This document shows, one piece after another, positions 9,620-21,061 of a stretch of DNA of 64,000 nucleotides. The stretch lies in IMG/VR virus record IMGVR_UViG_3300035698_007246, positions 62,001 through 126,000 of that record; one strand, given 5' to 3'. A model generated the notes under the pieces. That model had not been told where the DNA came from, ran no database searches, and worked only from the letters and a program-made list of their open reading frames with translations. Positions within the stretch are counted from its first letter, which is position 1. Each line of letters starts with the position of its first letter. The position numbers and the translations under genes are program-made.

Positions 9620-10765
9620 ATGATTTGGTTGTGTTTATTAATTCCAATGGCGACTATTATATTTTGTGCGGTAAAGTTTGGTAACAAGATGGCATGGTGG
9701 GAATACATTCTCCAGTTTGCTATCCCATTGATATTGATTGTGGTATCAAAGTTATTTTCAGTATCCAGTCAAACAAAAGACTCGGAGCAATGGAACATGT
9801 ACTTGACGAGTGCAACACATATAGAGTATTGGAGTACGTGGGTTGATGATGAATGTTGTACTACAGATAGTGATGGGAATGAAACATGTGTTGATTGTTC
9901 TTACTGTGATGAGAACGGAGCTTACTGGGAAGCCATTGATAACTGTGGTAACGTACATAGAATAACAGAACACTTCTATCGACAACTTGTAAGGCTCTGG
10001 GGTAATGAGAAGTTCATAGAGTTGTACAGAAGTATTGACAGGTACGGAGGTTGTGGTGTCGATGGTGACCAGTTCATTACTTCGTTTGGTGGGTCATTTG
10101 ATAACCTTGTACCCGTGACAGAGACACATAGTTATAAGAACAAAGTTAAAGCCTCTAAGGACGTGTTTAACTTTCCAGAGGTCTCACTTGTGGGTAAGAT
10201 GACTTATGAGCTTTATGAGTATCCTAAGAGCGATAGGTTCAATTATAAACCAATACTTGGTGATAACAATCCTGAAGCAAACAAAAAACTATTTCAATAC
10301 AATGGTCTTCTTGGAAGTGAAAAACAACTTCACATGTTGATAGCTGTCTTCCATAACAAGGACGCTAATGCTGCATTCTATCAGGAGAACTACTGGAAGG
10401 GTGGCAACAAGAATGAAGTGATTCTTTGTATTGGTTTGGACAATACTCAAAAAATTAAATGGACTAAATTGATTACATGGTGTGAGGATGATAGATTAAA
10501 AATAGATATAGAAAAAACTGTTCTTAATATGAATTATGATTTAATTGCTATCATTGACTATATGGCAAAAGAATGTAAAAATAGATACAAACGTAAAGAG
10601 TTTGCAGACTTCAACTACATTCAGATTAAACCAACAACCACTGCCGTGATAATAACATTCATCTTGACATTGTTATGTTCAATTGGGTTAGCTATCTGGT
10701 GTGTAAAGAATGATTTTACATTTGATGACCCTGCTAATAATGGAAACGGATATAGGCACGGGTGA
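9620..10765 (+). CDS. multi-pass membrane protein with Cys-rich loop
   Basis: 2 N-terminal TMs, WKGGNKNEV motif, C-terminal TM. Confidence 0.7.
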   Translation: MIWLCLLIPMATIIFCAVKFGNKMAWWEYILQFAIPLILIVVSKLFSVSSQTKDSEQWNMYLTSATHIEYWSTWVDDECCTTDSDGNETCVDCSYCDENGAYWEAIDNCGNVHRITEHFYRQLVRLWGNEKFIELYRSIDRYGGCGVDGDQFITSFGGSFDNLVPVTETHSYKNKVKASKDVFNFPEVSLVGKMTYELYEYPKSDRFNYKPILGDNNPEANKKLFQYNGLLGSEKQLHMLIAVFHNKDANAAFYQENYWKGGNKNEVILCIGLDNTQKIKWTKLITWCEDDRLKIDIEKTVLNMNYDLIAIIDYMAKECKNRYKRKEFADFNYIQIKPTTTAVIITFILTLLCSIGLAIWCVKNDFTFDDPANNGNGYRHG

Positions 10766-11262
10766 TGAAAATGAGATATATATTTATAATCGCAATGATA
10801 TTAACACTCTGTTGTTTCGGAATAAAGAAAGTACTTGAAAAACCTAATACAATAGGAGTATCCAGTACAAAAGAACCATGTGCAGTGAAAGTTAATTGTC
10901 CATGTGGTGGTGTGGTCGGAGTCGATTGGTTATGCTCTGTGTGCGGTATGGATTATTATTATGAATAAAAGTCTTGACATTTCCTGGAGTTCATTGTAAA
11001 ATATACTAAGTAATTTATATTAAACTTTGGGAGGAACAAGAATGGATAACGAAAAACGTATGTTAATTAATAGAGCAACAGCCAAAGGAAACATTTATCC
11101 TTTGGGACAATACACAACACTGAATGAATGTTTCACTGTTGAAACTATAAAGGGTGAGAGTTGGTTGTTTTTTTGGTACAACACATCTGATAAATCTACT
11201 CACTTAGAAAAATTGAAAATTTAATATATCTTTGTTATGTATTTAATTAAAAGAGGAGAACT

Positions 11263-11622
11263 ATGCATTGTTTAGTGAATATTGAATATAAAGAAACAGA
11301 TACCGGGGAACTTCAATCTCAGGTTGGTTTAAATTTTGATTTGGATATAGCTATTGAATTAAAAACTCATCAATATTCTGGTTCCACGCAAAGATTTTAT
11401 GTTTATATCAACACACCAAAGAAGAGTGAGTATTTTCAAATCTATGGTGATGAGATAACTAAACTCACGTTGTGGTTTTATAAACATAAGAAACCAATAG
11501 TAATGATTAATGACGATGGTATGACAGGTAAGTTATCTGAGAAGGAATTCACTTTAAAAATATACAATCAGTTCTTGGAATTACAGAAAGAACATATAAT
11601 GGGGTGGCTTGGTGACGGGTAA
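11263..11622 (+). CDS. hypothetical protein
   Basis: GAGGAG RBS. Confidence 0.65.
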   Translation: MHCLVNIEYKETDTGELQSQVGLNFDLDIAIELKTHQYSGSTQRFYVYINTPKKSEYFQIYGDEITKLTLWFYKHKKPIVMINDDGMTGKLSEKEFTLKIYNQFLELQKEHIMGWLGDG

Positions 11623-11810
11623 AGATGTGGTAGAGTTCATTGATACAATGTATCAATGAGTATATAAATTGTGGGGTGGTTCCGTTCACAGACTTCATTT
11701 CGTTTAAAGACGGATGTCATGATAAGTTTTATAAAAATAATACATCAATTGAAAGTCTTAAAAATAAAAGAGAAAATAAGTCTTGACATCACTTATTCCA
11801 TTAAATATAT

Positions 11811-11893
11811 TTAAGGAAATTGAAATATGATTAAGGAAATTGAAATATGATTAAGGAAATTGAAATATGATTAAGGAAATTGAAATATGATTA
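11811..11893 (+). repeat. 4 x 20-bp perfect tandem repeat TTAAGGAAATTGAAATATGA
   Basis: read directly; each unit has an RBS-like AAGGA and ATG. Confidence 0.95.
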
Positions 11894-12369
11894 TATGTCA
11901 GAATTGTTATAAGAAAATGAAAGCAACAAAGACTGGTGTCCTTGTTCGCTTTACTAAAGATGGGCATCACACATACTCTGGTGATAAATATGTATGTGAC
12001 GAGTGTGATAATACAATAGTGGTAACTGCTGAATGTAATTTTGAAAGTCTTAATCCAACGTACACGGAGCATGACGTGTGGATGGACTTGACACCATTAG
12101 AGCATAACAAAAAACAATATCCGACTATTAACTTTGATAAATTGATTAATGAATATGGATGTAAATATTGTGAGCATTGTGAGTTATTATGTGAATCTGT
12201 TGTTGAAGAGTATATTTGCCATAAAAATAAATGGACTAGAACAATTACTAATGTGAAAGACCATAACTGTGATATGTGGGAAGTTGATACAGATAAAACA
12301 TATACTGATGAAATAACTGATGTTGATGATAAATGTATTCAGGATGAATATTATATTGATAATAAATAA
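11887..12369 (+). CDS. Cys-rich zinc-ribbon protein
   Basis: CQNC, CDEC, CKYCEHC. Confidence 0.65.
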   Translation: MIICQNCYKKMKATKTGVLVRFTKDGHHTYSGDKYVCDECDNTIVVTAECNFESLNPTYTEHDVWMDLTPLEHNKKQYPTINFDKLINEYGCKYCEHCELLCESVVEEYICHKNKWTRTITNVKDHNCDMWEVDTDKTYTDEITDVDDKCIQDEYYIDNK

Positions 12370-12379
12370 AAGGAGTTAT

Positions 12380-13315
12380 ATGAACACAATATATAAAAAA
12401 GAATTAGATATTAATGTTTCTGGTAATGTTGTTTATATTTATGTGTCTAATAATAAAAAAAGATTATTTCAAAGTAAAAAAGAAATACAAAAATATACAA
12501 TTAAATATACGACATGTGATTCAAAGATATGTCAATATAAAAAAGATTTAAATTGTCCATTAGCAAGTTATGGACTATATGGTTGGTGCGTGTGCCCTCA
12601 TGGACAAACTCATAGCATAGTTCAACCACGAAGAGGAACGAAAAAATATGATACATTCCGTAACAATGTAACACTATTTAATATTAGAAAATGTTTTGGT
12701 ATATATTCTGATTGGGTTTATAATAATATAGATTATGATTTAACAGCAAATGAATACAATGATATAAAAGATTTGAAAGAGTTTCAAATTAAAAATATGA
12801 CTAATTATTGGAAATCAAATCATGAATTTCTGAAAGAAATATCTGATAAATCTGATAAAGATGAAATTAATAGTTATGTTAAAGGAAAATTAAAAACTCC
12901 CAGATTTTGTGGACAATTGTGTAGGTCGTTTATTAAACATTTACTTAATGAATATAATATGAATGATAATAAGTTATCAAAAATAGACAAAGAAAGAATT
13001 GAATTTGAAAATAAAAACAATTTGTTTTTAATTTGTGGTGAGTATTTGTTTATGGATATTCCTTGGTTAAGAACAAATAGTTTTATATATAAAGATATTT
13101 TTAAATATGAACATACTGGTGGGTTTTCAGGGCATAATTTTAATTTGATTAAGTTAAGTAATGTTATTAAATATGAAAAAGAATTATATGAATATTTGAT
13201 ATCAGAAACTCCCCAAGCATTGATGGGAGGAGAAATAACAGATTATCAAACGTTATATGTTCCTCTTATTAAAAAGATATGGAGTAGTGTTATTAAAGAA
13301 ATTAAAGGTATATAA
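12380..13315 (+). CDS. hypothetical protein
   Basis: AAGGAG RBS before ATG 12380. Confidence 0.7.
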   Translation: MNTIYKKELDINVSGNVVYIYVSNNKKRLFQSKKEIQKYTIKYTTCDSKICQYKKDLNCPLASYGLYGWCVCPHGQTHSIVQPRRGTKKYDTFRNNVTLFNIRKCFGIYSDWVYNNIDYDLTANEYNDIKDLKEFQIKNMTNYWKSNHEFLKEISDKSDKDEINSYVKGKLKTPRFCGQLCRSFIKHLLNEYNMNDNKLSKIDKERIEFENKNNLFLICGEYLFMDIPWLRTNSFIYKDIFKYEHTGGFSGHNFNLIKLSNVIKYEKELYEYLISETPQALMGGEITDYQTLYVPLIKKIWSSVIKEIKGI

Positions 13316-13551
13316 GATGGGATTGATGATAAAAGGTGGTACATGTGATTCATGTGGACGAAGATACGAATTGCATGTTAGTACTGGTGATGAACCTATT
13401 GTAGAAGATGGGAGATGTCAGGAATGTTTTGATAAAGATAAACCAAGAACTGCTGGTGCAATCAATTCATTGTGGATGTCTATTCCAGTTGTGTTGATTA
13501 TAGTATGGTTAATAATTGAATGTATAAATAGATTCAATTAAGGAGTAAACT

Positions 13552-13836
13552 ATGAAACGTAAAATATTTGAAAAATTTAAATCGTCTGGAAACCTTAATG
13601 TTTTATTAGAAATGTCAGATAGATTTAAAACTATATTGTCATTGGCTAAGAGTGGTATTCTTATTAAATCAAAATCTGAATTGGTTAAAGCATTAGGGCA
13701 TAAAGAATATTATATGGAAATAACAATGCGTAAAGCTGAGAAATGTGATTTAATAAAACGTTTAAAGAATTCTAATGGTAAACGAATTTATCATATTACT
13801 ATGGATGGATTTAAATTTTTAAGTTGTTATAAATAA
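13552..13836 (+). CDS. winged-helix-like protein
   Basis: basic helical domain ending LIKR...YHITMDG. Confidence 0.45.
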   Translation: MKRKIFEKFKSSGNLNVLLEMSDRFKTILSLAKSGILIKSKSELVKALGHKEYYMEITMRKAEKCDLIKRLKNSNGKRIYHITMDGFKFLSCYK

Positions 13837-13850
13837 AGGAGAGTTAGAAA

Positions 13851-14321
13851 ATGATAGGGAACCCCTTTCAAAGTAGATTGATTTCATTTAAGACAATTAA
13901 TGTAAACACTCAAGGTCGAAAAGAATTGAAACTTCTTTTTGAAAGTGCTGAAGCAGTTCAAGACTTTCTTGAGTCATGGGATGAATCATTCAATATGAAT
14001 ATGAGACATTATTTCAAGACTGATATTATCCATTGGAATAATATTGAGTTCAAAGATTTGTTTCCTCATTTGAATATCAGATTTGATTGTGCAACTGGAG
14101 ATGGAGTCCTTCTTGAGAAGTGTGAAGTCAATAAGATAAAGGTCAAAAGAAAAGATACTAAACAGGGTGCGGTATTTAACTATGAATTAACTATAGTTAA
14201 GCCGGTTCAGTCCAGAGTTGATGAGTTGTTGTCTGATGTTTATTATCAAACTAAAGATTATGATGAAAACGACAAACTTCAATTTATTTGGTATGAAACA
14301 GAAATAGAAAGAACAATTTAA
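13851..14321 (+). CDS. hypothetical protein
   Basis: AAGGAG RBS; followed by hairpin TTCCCCAACA/TGTTGGGGAA. Confidence 0.65.
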   Translation: MIGNPFQSRLISFKTINVNTQGRKELKLLFESAEAVQDFLESWDESFNMNMRHYFKTDIIHWNNIEFKDLFPHLNIRFDCATGDGVLLEKCEVNKIKVKRKDTKQGAVFNYELTIVKPVQSRVDELLSDVYYQTKDYDENDKLQFIWYETEIERTI

Positions 14322-14468
14322 ATTGATGAGAGTGAGAGTTCCCCAACATTAATTTGTTGGGGAATTTTTATTATATATTAGATAAAATATCGGGGATGTC
14401 TTTAAATTTTGTGTATGGAATTCTAATTAATTTAATATTATTCTTTATACAAATTTTTAAAAAAACTA

Positions 14469-14500
14469 TTGACATCTCTTTGGTCATAATATATCTTTTA
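14469..14500 (+). promoter_or_regulatory. early promoter repeat
   Basis: TTGACA-17-TATCTT. Confidence 0.8.
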
Positions 14501-14540
14501 ACACATATTAATATTTTTAAACAAATTCAAAGGAGTTTAT

Positions 14541-16595
14541 ATGGAATTTATTAAATTTTCAAATGCCATAAGAAAACAATTTAATAAAATGGCAAAGACT
14601 GAAAAGTTATTTGTTGTTAAAGTTGATGATAAAAATGAACTTTGGAATTTTTATCTTAATAGTTTCCCTACTGGAACGAATGAAATATATAAAGAAAATA
14701 AGGAATACGATTGTAATTTTTGTAAGTCATTCATCAAAAAAGCTGGTCATATTGTAACGATTAAAAACAATAAACTGGTAAGTATTTTTGACATCACTAT
14801 CAATGATAGTACTTTTCAAGCAGTTGTAGACGCAATGTCCGAATATATCAAAGGAAAAGAAATTGATACAGTTTTTTGTCATGATGAAAATACAATCGGA
14901 ACGGAATTCAATACACAAATAACAGGCAATGGTTCAATTCGATGGAATCACTTTTATATTGATGTGCCAAATGAATTTATTAAAGATAAAAATGACATCG
15001 GCACGTATCGGGGTGATAATAGAACTACAAAGGGTGTTCTCTATAGAAGTTTAAAAGAACTTAGCCTTGAAGCTGCACAGATTGTTTTAGAGCTTATTGA
15101 AAGTGGAAGTCTCTATCGTGGTGATGAACATAAAAAAGTTGTAAAAGATTTTATTAAATCAAAGAAAACATTCAATAAGATTCCTGTTGCAAAACAAAAG
15201 ATATATTGTTGGTCATTAAAAGAATATGGTATTCGTAATACAGTTATTGGGAGTTTGTTGATTGATATTAGTGAAGGAAAGGATTTAGAATCATCGGTTA
15301 AATCTTTTGAATCTAAAGTTGCACCTCAGAATTATAAACGTCCAACGGCACTGGTAACTAAATGGATGATTGAAAATGCACAAAAAAAATGTGAAGAGCT
15401 TGGTATTGAAGCAAGTTTGTATAGACGTTGTGCTGTTGCTGAAGACATCACTATCAATAATGTTTTGTTTGCAGACCGAAGTGTTCAACCTGCAATGGGA
15501 GTTAATGCATTCGATATGCTTAAAAAAGATGTTGGTGATGTTGTGACTAATAAACAATTGGATAAGATTGAAGAGGTTCCTATTCAAACATTTATTGATA
15601 CAATACTTCCAAAAGCTAAATCATTTGAATTGTTATTGGAAAACAAACATGAAAACAATTTAATGAATCTTATTGCTCCTGTTAATCCAGACGCACCAAA
15701 TATTTTAAAATGGAATAACAATTTTAGTTGGGGGTATAATGGTGAAGTTGCTGATAGTATGAGGCAACGTGTCAAAAATGCAGGTGGACGAGTTGATGGT
15801 GTCTTTAGATTTAGTCATTCTTGGAATGAATTAGAACCTAATCAATCATTAATGGATTTACATGTATTTATGCCTGGAAATACTCACGTTCCTGGTAAAA
15901 TTCATGATAATTATGGTAATTATGAAAGGGTAGGATGGAATCATAGAAAACATAATAATTCAGGTGGTTCTCAAGATGTTGATTATGTTGACCAAGCTCC
16001 TCCAAAATATATACCTGTAGAAAATATCACGTTTCCAAATTTAGGAAAAATGCTTGATGGGAAATATATATGTAAAATTCATAATTGGAGTTATAGAAAT
16101 AGTGGAGGTAAAGGTAAAGCAGAAATTGAATTTGGTAGTAACATTTATAAATATGTATATCCATCTACTAAAAATAAAGAATGGGTTACTGTTGCAGAGG
16201 TAACTTTAAAAAATGGAGAATTCAGTATTAAACATATTTTACCTGAATCACAAGAGACAAAAGAAATATATGGTATCACTACCAATAAATTTCATCCTGT
16301 GACTATGATGATGAATTCTCCAAACCATTGGGATGGTGAAGAGACAGGTAATAAGCATTATTTCTTCATGCTTAAGGATTGTAAAACTAATGATACTATT
16401 CGTGGGATATACAATGAATTCATTAAGGAAGAATTGAACGAACATCGTAAAGTATTTGAAATGCTTGGTTCAAAGTTGAAAGCTGAACCTACTGATAATC
16501 AATTAGCTGGGTTGGGATTCTCTTCAACAAGACGTGATAGTGTCGTGTGTAAAGTTAAAGGAACTTTCAACAGAACAATTAAAATAACTTTTTAA
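14541..16595 (+). CDS. large conserved-type phage protein with internal YfaP/DUF2135-like domain
   Basis: DCNFCKSF N-terminal motif; MDLHVFMPG...GGSQDVD...PVENITF. Confidence 0.65.
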   Translation: MEFIKFSNAIRKQFNKMAKTEKLFVVKVDDKNELWNFYLNSFPTGTNEIYKENKEYDCNFCKSFIKKAGHIVTIKNNKLVSIFDITINDSTFQAVVDAMSEYIKGKEIDTVFCHDENTIGTEFNTQITGNGSIRWNHFYIDVPNEFIKDKNDIGTYRGDNRTTKGVLYRSLKELSLEAAQIVLELIESGSLYRGDEHKKVVKDFIKSKKTFNKIPVAKQKIYCWSLKEYGIRNTVIGSLLIDISEGKDLESSVKSFESKVAPQNYKRPTALVTKWMIENAQKKCEELGIEASLYRRCAVAEDITINNVLFADRSVQPAMGVNAFDMLKKDVGDVVTNKQLDKIEEVPIQTFIDTILPKAKSFELLLENKHENNLMNLIAPVNPDAPNILKWNNNFSWGYNGEVADSMRQRVKNAGGRVDGVFRFSHSWNELEPNQSLMDLHVFMPGNTHVPGKIHDNYGNYERVGWNHRKHNNSGGSQDVDYVDQAPPKYIPVENITFPNLGKMLDGKYICKIHNWSYRNSGGKGKAEIEFGSNIYKYVYPSTKNKEWVTVAEVTLKNGEFSIKHILPESQETKEIYGITTNKFHPVTMMMNSPNHWDGEETGNKHYFFMLKDCKTNDTIRGIYNEFIKEELNEHRKVFEMLGSKLKAEPTDNQLAGLGFSSTRRDSVVCKVKGTFNRTIKITF

Positions 16596-16671
16596 CTATT
16601 GACATCACATTAACCATTTATTATATTGAATGTACAAAATTAATTTTAAATTTTATTAAAGGAGAATCCTT

Positions 16672-17097
16672 ATGAGTGAACTTAATATTACTGACATGGA
16701 AATTGCTATACAAAAAAAATATCGTTACGATATGCCTAACTATGGTGAAGTATCAACCGAAGACCTTTATGATTTGCCTTTGGAGAAACCTGCAAGGAAA
16801 ACTCAAAGAGTCGTCCCAAATCTTGAAGATATTGCAATTGCAATTGATGGAAATCTACAAACTTCAACGAAGTCTTTTGTGAAGAAAAAGACTGTAACAG
16901 ATAATGTTGAAGCAAGAAAACTTAGAATTGTTGTCAGAGTTATTACAATTAAACAAGCAGAGATTGACGCAAAAGAACAAGCTGCATTTAAAGCTACTGA
17001 AAAACAAAGATTACTTGAGTTGTATGACGCAGCAAAGTTTAACGAAGATGGTAAGAAAACTCCTGACGAAATTAAAGCAATGATTGACACACTGTAA
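16672..17097 (+). CDS. phage coiled-coil protein
   Basis: GEVSTEDLYDLPL motif; own promoter at 16599. Confidence 0.7.
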   Translation: MSELNITDMEIAIQKKYRYDMPNYGEVSTEDLYDLPLEKPARKTQRVVPNLEDIAIAIDGNLQTSTKSFVKKKTVTDNVEARKLRIVVRVITIKQAEIDAKEQAAFKATEKQRLLELYDAAKFNEDGKKTPDEIKAMIDTL

Positions 17098-17162
17098 GTG
17101 TGTGATATGATTTGGAATACAAAAGACTCAGGGTATTTTTCTGAGTTTTTTTGTTTTAATGG

Positions 17163-17220
17163 TTGACATTCCTTTGGACATAACATATCTTTTTAGTACG
17201 TGTTAAATTTTTCAAAGGAG
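17163..17220 (+). promoter_or_regulatory. early promoter repeat preceded by terminator
   Basis: TTGACA-17-TATCTT. Confidence 0.75.
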
Positions 17221-17690
17221 TTTATATGAAACATGATTTTATTTTTATTCTAATTTTATGGACTATCACGTGTATATCATGTGGTGTTCTCTGGGGTAAT
17301 GTGATGGCTGATAAGATGAATACACAGGTGGCGGTGTTCTCTGGAATAATATGTGGTAGTTGCTCTATTGGTTTAATTATTGTATTGATGTTTGGGTTAA
17401 TATAATGGGTATAGTGTTTGTTATATTAGTGGCGTTCTGTATTGGAATTAGTGTGGGTTTTGGTTGGTGTTGTGATATCTATGGAAAACCTTCTTCCAGT
17501 GAATCAAAACATATTAAAGTTCGTGTTTGGATGGTTGGGTGTATAACTCCAAGAGAACATGACTTAACGGGACATATTATTAAACAAGATGATTATATTA
17601 TACTTCAACCAACAAACGTATATGAGAATGCGTATTGGTTCAAGAGAGATTTGGTTGAGAGAATTGAAATAAAATAGGAGGAAAAGAAAA

Positions 17691-17921
17691 ATGCAAAAGG
17701 TAACAGTATTTAAAGATAACTATGGTAACATTCATGAAATCGAACAATGTTGTGTGATGGCGGACGCTAAGTTTGATTTGGTTGAACATCTCCAAAATGC
17801 GGCATATAATTATAGTGATGGTGTTGATATTACTGAATTCGTTAACGCAATAATGAGTTCTGCTGAAGAGCGGAATACAATTCTTAATCTTATAAGTAAA
17901 TTTAATGCGGAGGTATCATGA
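17691..17921 (+). CDS. hypothetical protein
   Basis: GGAGG RBS. Confidence 0.6.
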   Translation: MQKVTVFKDNYGNIHEIEQCCVMADAKFDLVEHLQNAAYNYSDGVDITEFVNAIMSSAEERNTILNLISKFNAEVS

Positions 17922-18658
17922 ATGACTTAATTGTAATTCCAGCAAATACTGGTGCATATAATTTATGTAAAGTGATTAATGTGGATGATGATGAAGTTAA
18001 TTTGGTGTGTGAGAATGTTGAATACTTTAATAACATGGTTCGCTTTATTAATCCAAAGTATAAAACGATAGCTAAGTCTGTAGTTATTCAACAACCATTT
18101 CCATGTTTCAGTAAAGAATCATATCAAAACATAGTTAAATATGAAAACGATTCGTTGATTAATATGTATTGGTTTGATGAAGATGAAATCAATTGTTATA
18201 TACAAACAAATTCTTTTTGTGTTAATACAACTGCTGTTAAAGGTATCTGTGAACATAACGAGAACGTAATGAAATCGATTGCTAAGTGGGCATTCATTTC
18301 ATACGATGACGCATTAAAGAAAGTAAATGAAACTACTAAAGAAAATAACATAAGAAGTATTGAAGATAGTAAAACGTTATTAACTTTAGAAAATACATTA
18401 GCTACCGTTTGTGAACGTAAAGCCATATATCTTTATAATAATGCTGATAGTAAGTATGATTATAACAAACGAATGTATGATAGATTACCTTTCTTTATAA
18501 AGTGGTTTAAGAAATTCAAACTAAAAAAACCTGTATGGACACAGTATTTAAAAGACACTGTATTGACTGATGAAGAGATACAGAAAGTAAAAGAACTCCT
18601 TGAAAAAGAAACAAAATATTATTTTACACCAGTAAACCAGGATGGTGATAATGAATAA
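17918..18658 (+). CDS. hypothetical protein
   Basis: GGAGG RBS, ATGA coupling. Confidence 0.7.
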   Translation: MNDLIVIPANTGAYNLCKVINVDDDEVNLVCENVEYFNNMVRFINPKYKTIAKSVVIQQPFPCFSKESYQNIVKYENDSLINMYWFDEDEINCYIQTNSFCVNTTAVKGICEHNENVMKSIAKWAFISYDDALKKVNETTKENNIRSIEDSKTLLTLENTLATVCERKAIYLYNNADSKYDYNKRMYDRLPFFIKWFKKFKLKKPVWTQYLKDTVLTDEEIQKVKELLEKETKYYFTPVNQDGDNE

Positions 18659-19052
18659 CTATTTTGCTAAGACCAATCTTGAGATTGATTTCGAATACTG
18701 GAAAAAAGTATTAACTCATGTGAGTGGTAATGTACATACATTTACTTTTAAGAGTAATGGAATGAACAACCATTGGTTAAAGATATATCTCAATGAAGAT
18801 AATCGTGAGGGTGTGACTGATGATGATTATATGTTAGAAATTTATACATGTATTGGTTCTGACTTTTCATTGGAGATATGGAAAAACGATTCAATGTTAT
18901 GTAAAATTAAAATCAAACATGACTGTAATGGTAAAGATGACAATGCTAAGTTTGACTTTGTTAAAAAGGTTTGGAATGGTTATATTAAATTGTCACATGA
19001 TAAAGATAAAAAACTATTAGATAGTTTCATTGATGAGAAACCTAATGAGTAA
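18642..19052 (+). CDS. hypothetical protein
   Basis: ORF in operon. Confidence 0.6.
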   Translation: MVIMNNYFAKTNLEIDFEYWKKVLTHVSGNVHTFTFKSNGMNNHWLKIYLNEDNREGVTDDDYMLEIYTCIGSDFSLEIWKNDSMLCKIKIKHDCNGKDDNAKFDFVKKVWNGYIKLSHDKDKKLLDSFIDEKPNE

Positions 19053-19072
19053 CTTCCCTACAATGAAATATA

Positions 19073-19687
19073 GTGGAGAACGTTGTGGCACATGTGATGG
19101 AAGACCAATGGCATGTACTTGTATCAACCCTGAGAAAATGTGGAGGGCAAAGAATGAAACTTAAAGAAGTATTTGAAAAGTGTCCAGTTCAGTTTACACC
19201 ACCAGCAATCTTTGCCATTATTATTGTATTGATTGTTGGGTTTATTAGTCTATTGTATATCAATGCAGGAATAAAAGATGAATTAAAACTATATGAATCT
19301 CATAAATGTATTGCAGGTGATACTATTCATGATACTCTTATCATTCAAAAAGATGGAGTCGTTAAAGCAGTTGCAGACACTCAAGCAATCTTTTATGATA
19401 TCCCTTATGACAAGATGAATGATTTCAGTATATTATGGGAAGCAGTGTATGGTGACAATGTAGATGAGGAACCTACGTATTCATCTAAAAAGAATCAAAG
19501 GCTGTGGCAATTTTTACGTGATATGTTTTCACATGATTTCAAACCATATATGAAAGATGGTATAAGTTATTCGTGGTGTATAACTCACATAAATTCTAAT
19601 GTTGTCTGTGTTACGAATACATATCTTTTTGAATGGAATGAAAAAAAGGTAACTATTGAATATGGAAAAGCAAATGAAAGAAAATAA
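19073..19687 (+). CDS. single-TM protein (true start probably MKLKEVF)
   Basis: IFAIIIVLIVGFISLLYI hydrophobic segment. Confidence 0.6.
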   Translation: MENVVAHVMEDQWHVLVSTLRKCGGQRMKLKEVFEKCPVQFTPPAIFAIIIVLIVGFISLLYINAGIKDELKLYESHKCIAGDTIHDTLIIQKDGVVKAVADTQAIFYDIPYDKMNDFSILWEAVYGDNVDEEPTYSSKKNQRLWQFLRDMFSHDFKPYMKDGISYSWCITHINSNVVCVTNTYLFEWNEKKVTIEYGKANERK

Positions 19688-19821
19688 ATAATGATTGAAA
19701 TTATATTTGGTATTTTATTAATCACATGTGGTGTGTGTTTAATTAATAATGAATGGAAAAAATTAAAAATATTATGGAAAAGCAAATGAAAAAATCTTGA
19801 AAGATTTTAAAGGGGAAATAA

Positions 19822-20559
19822 ATGAATAAGATTAAATTAGTTTATGTATGTGACATAGACCAAGACATTGACGATATGATTGCATGTGAATTCTTATTGA
19901 AAAGGAAGATACCTTTTACAATAGTACTTGACAGACCATCAACATCAAAGAGAATAGATGAATTAAAATCAATGGGTGCTATCTTTACAGATGATATCCC
20001 AGAAGGGACTAACGTGGTGTTCTGTGGTGGAGCATTCACAAAGATAGCTACATATGTCAAAGACCATAAACTTCCTACATTGGTAGCGAATGGTTTCTTT
20101 GCAGGAATGAATTGTGTTGGTGTTGAAGATGAACTACCAAAGTTCAAAGGTAAGAAGTACGTACCATCATACAATCCTAATTCAGATATTCCTTCTGCGT
20201 TAGCTGTATTGGATTCTGATAACATCCATGACATCAAGTTGGTGTCTAAGAATGTATGTCACCATCCTCGCAACACCGTCGGGAACGATAATAAAACTAA
20301 CAATATGTCAAAGCATATTCACTATGGGACATTCTTACAAAAGTATAACTTAAAACCAACGAAACGTCTTCATGATTTACTTATGGTAAAAGAAGGACTG
20401 GCACATATTTTTGGTGAATATTTGTCAATATGTAAATATCTCCCGGTTGATATTCATTATAAAGATAGTGGTGCTTCGAAGTTTACTCAGTGGGGAAGTC
20501 AATTGAATCATGAGAGTGAAATTAAAATATCAGTGAGGTTGAACGAATCCTATGTGTAA
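19822..20559 (+). CDS. nucleoside hydrolase (IU-NH)-like protein
   Basis: DIDQDIDD (cf. DxDPGxDD), GAFTKIA (cf. GPLTNIA), YNPNSD, LHDLL. Confidence 0.65.
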   Translation: MNKIKLVYVCDIDQDIDDMIACEFLLKRKIPFTIVLDRPSTSKRIDELKSMGAIFTDDIPEGTNVVFCGGAFTKIATYVKDHKLPTLVANGFFAGMNCVGVEDELPKFKGKKYVPSYNPNSDIPSALAVLDSDNIHDIKLVSKNVCHHPRNTVGNDNKTNNMSKHIHYGTFLQKYNLKPTKRLHDLLMVKEGLAHIFGEYLSICKYLPVDIHYKDSGASKFTQWGSQLNHESEIKISVRLNESYV

Positions 20560-21001
20560 ATATAGAAACGGTAAAAATCATTGTATTTATTGTATTAACT
20601 TAGACCGCCCGTCATTGGAATGTAAAATTGGTGGTGGTGATAACTGTAATTTCAAAAATGATGAGACTCAGGAAGTTGTTGAGAAAGAGGAAGAGGTAGA
20701 GGTATGAAAATGTATATTGTAGAATTGTTTAAGTTGTTGGGTATTTTATCAATGCCTTTATTGTATATGTGGCGTAGCTAATGTATATTCATATATCAAA
20801 AAGAATTAAAGTATTGGGTATCCTCTTCCATTTAAGTTTGGGTGTTTCTCAAAAGAATTTAAGAAGCATTGCAGTTGGTGGATTGAAAATACTTAAACGT
20901 TTTCATAAACCTAAAAGTGTGAAAGTCATTGAATGTGAGGTTATTAATGACCCACCAAAACCTTCAACCAGAAAAATTAATCATGGTTTTTAAAATAACT
21001 A

Positions 21002-21058
21002 TTGACATCTCTTGTGACATAATATATCTTTATTACGTATTAAATTTTTAAAGGAGAT
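21002..21058 (+). promoter_or_regulatory. early promoter repeat
   Basis: TTGACA-17-TATCTTTATTACGTATTAAA. Confidence 0.8.
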
Positions 21059-21061
21059 ATT

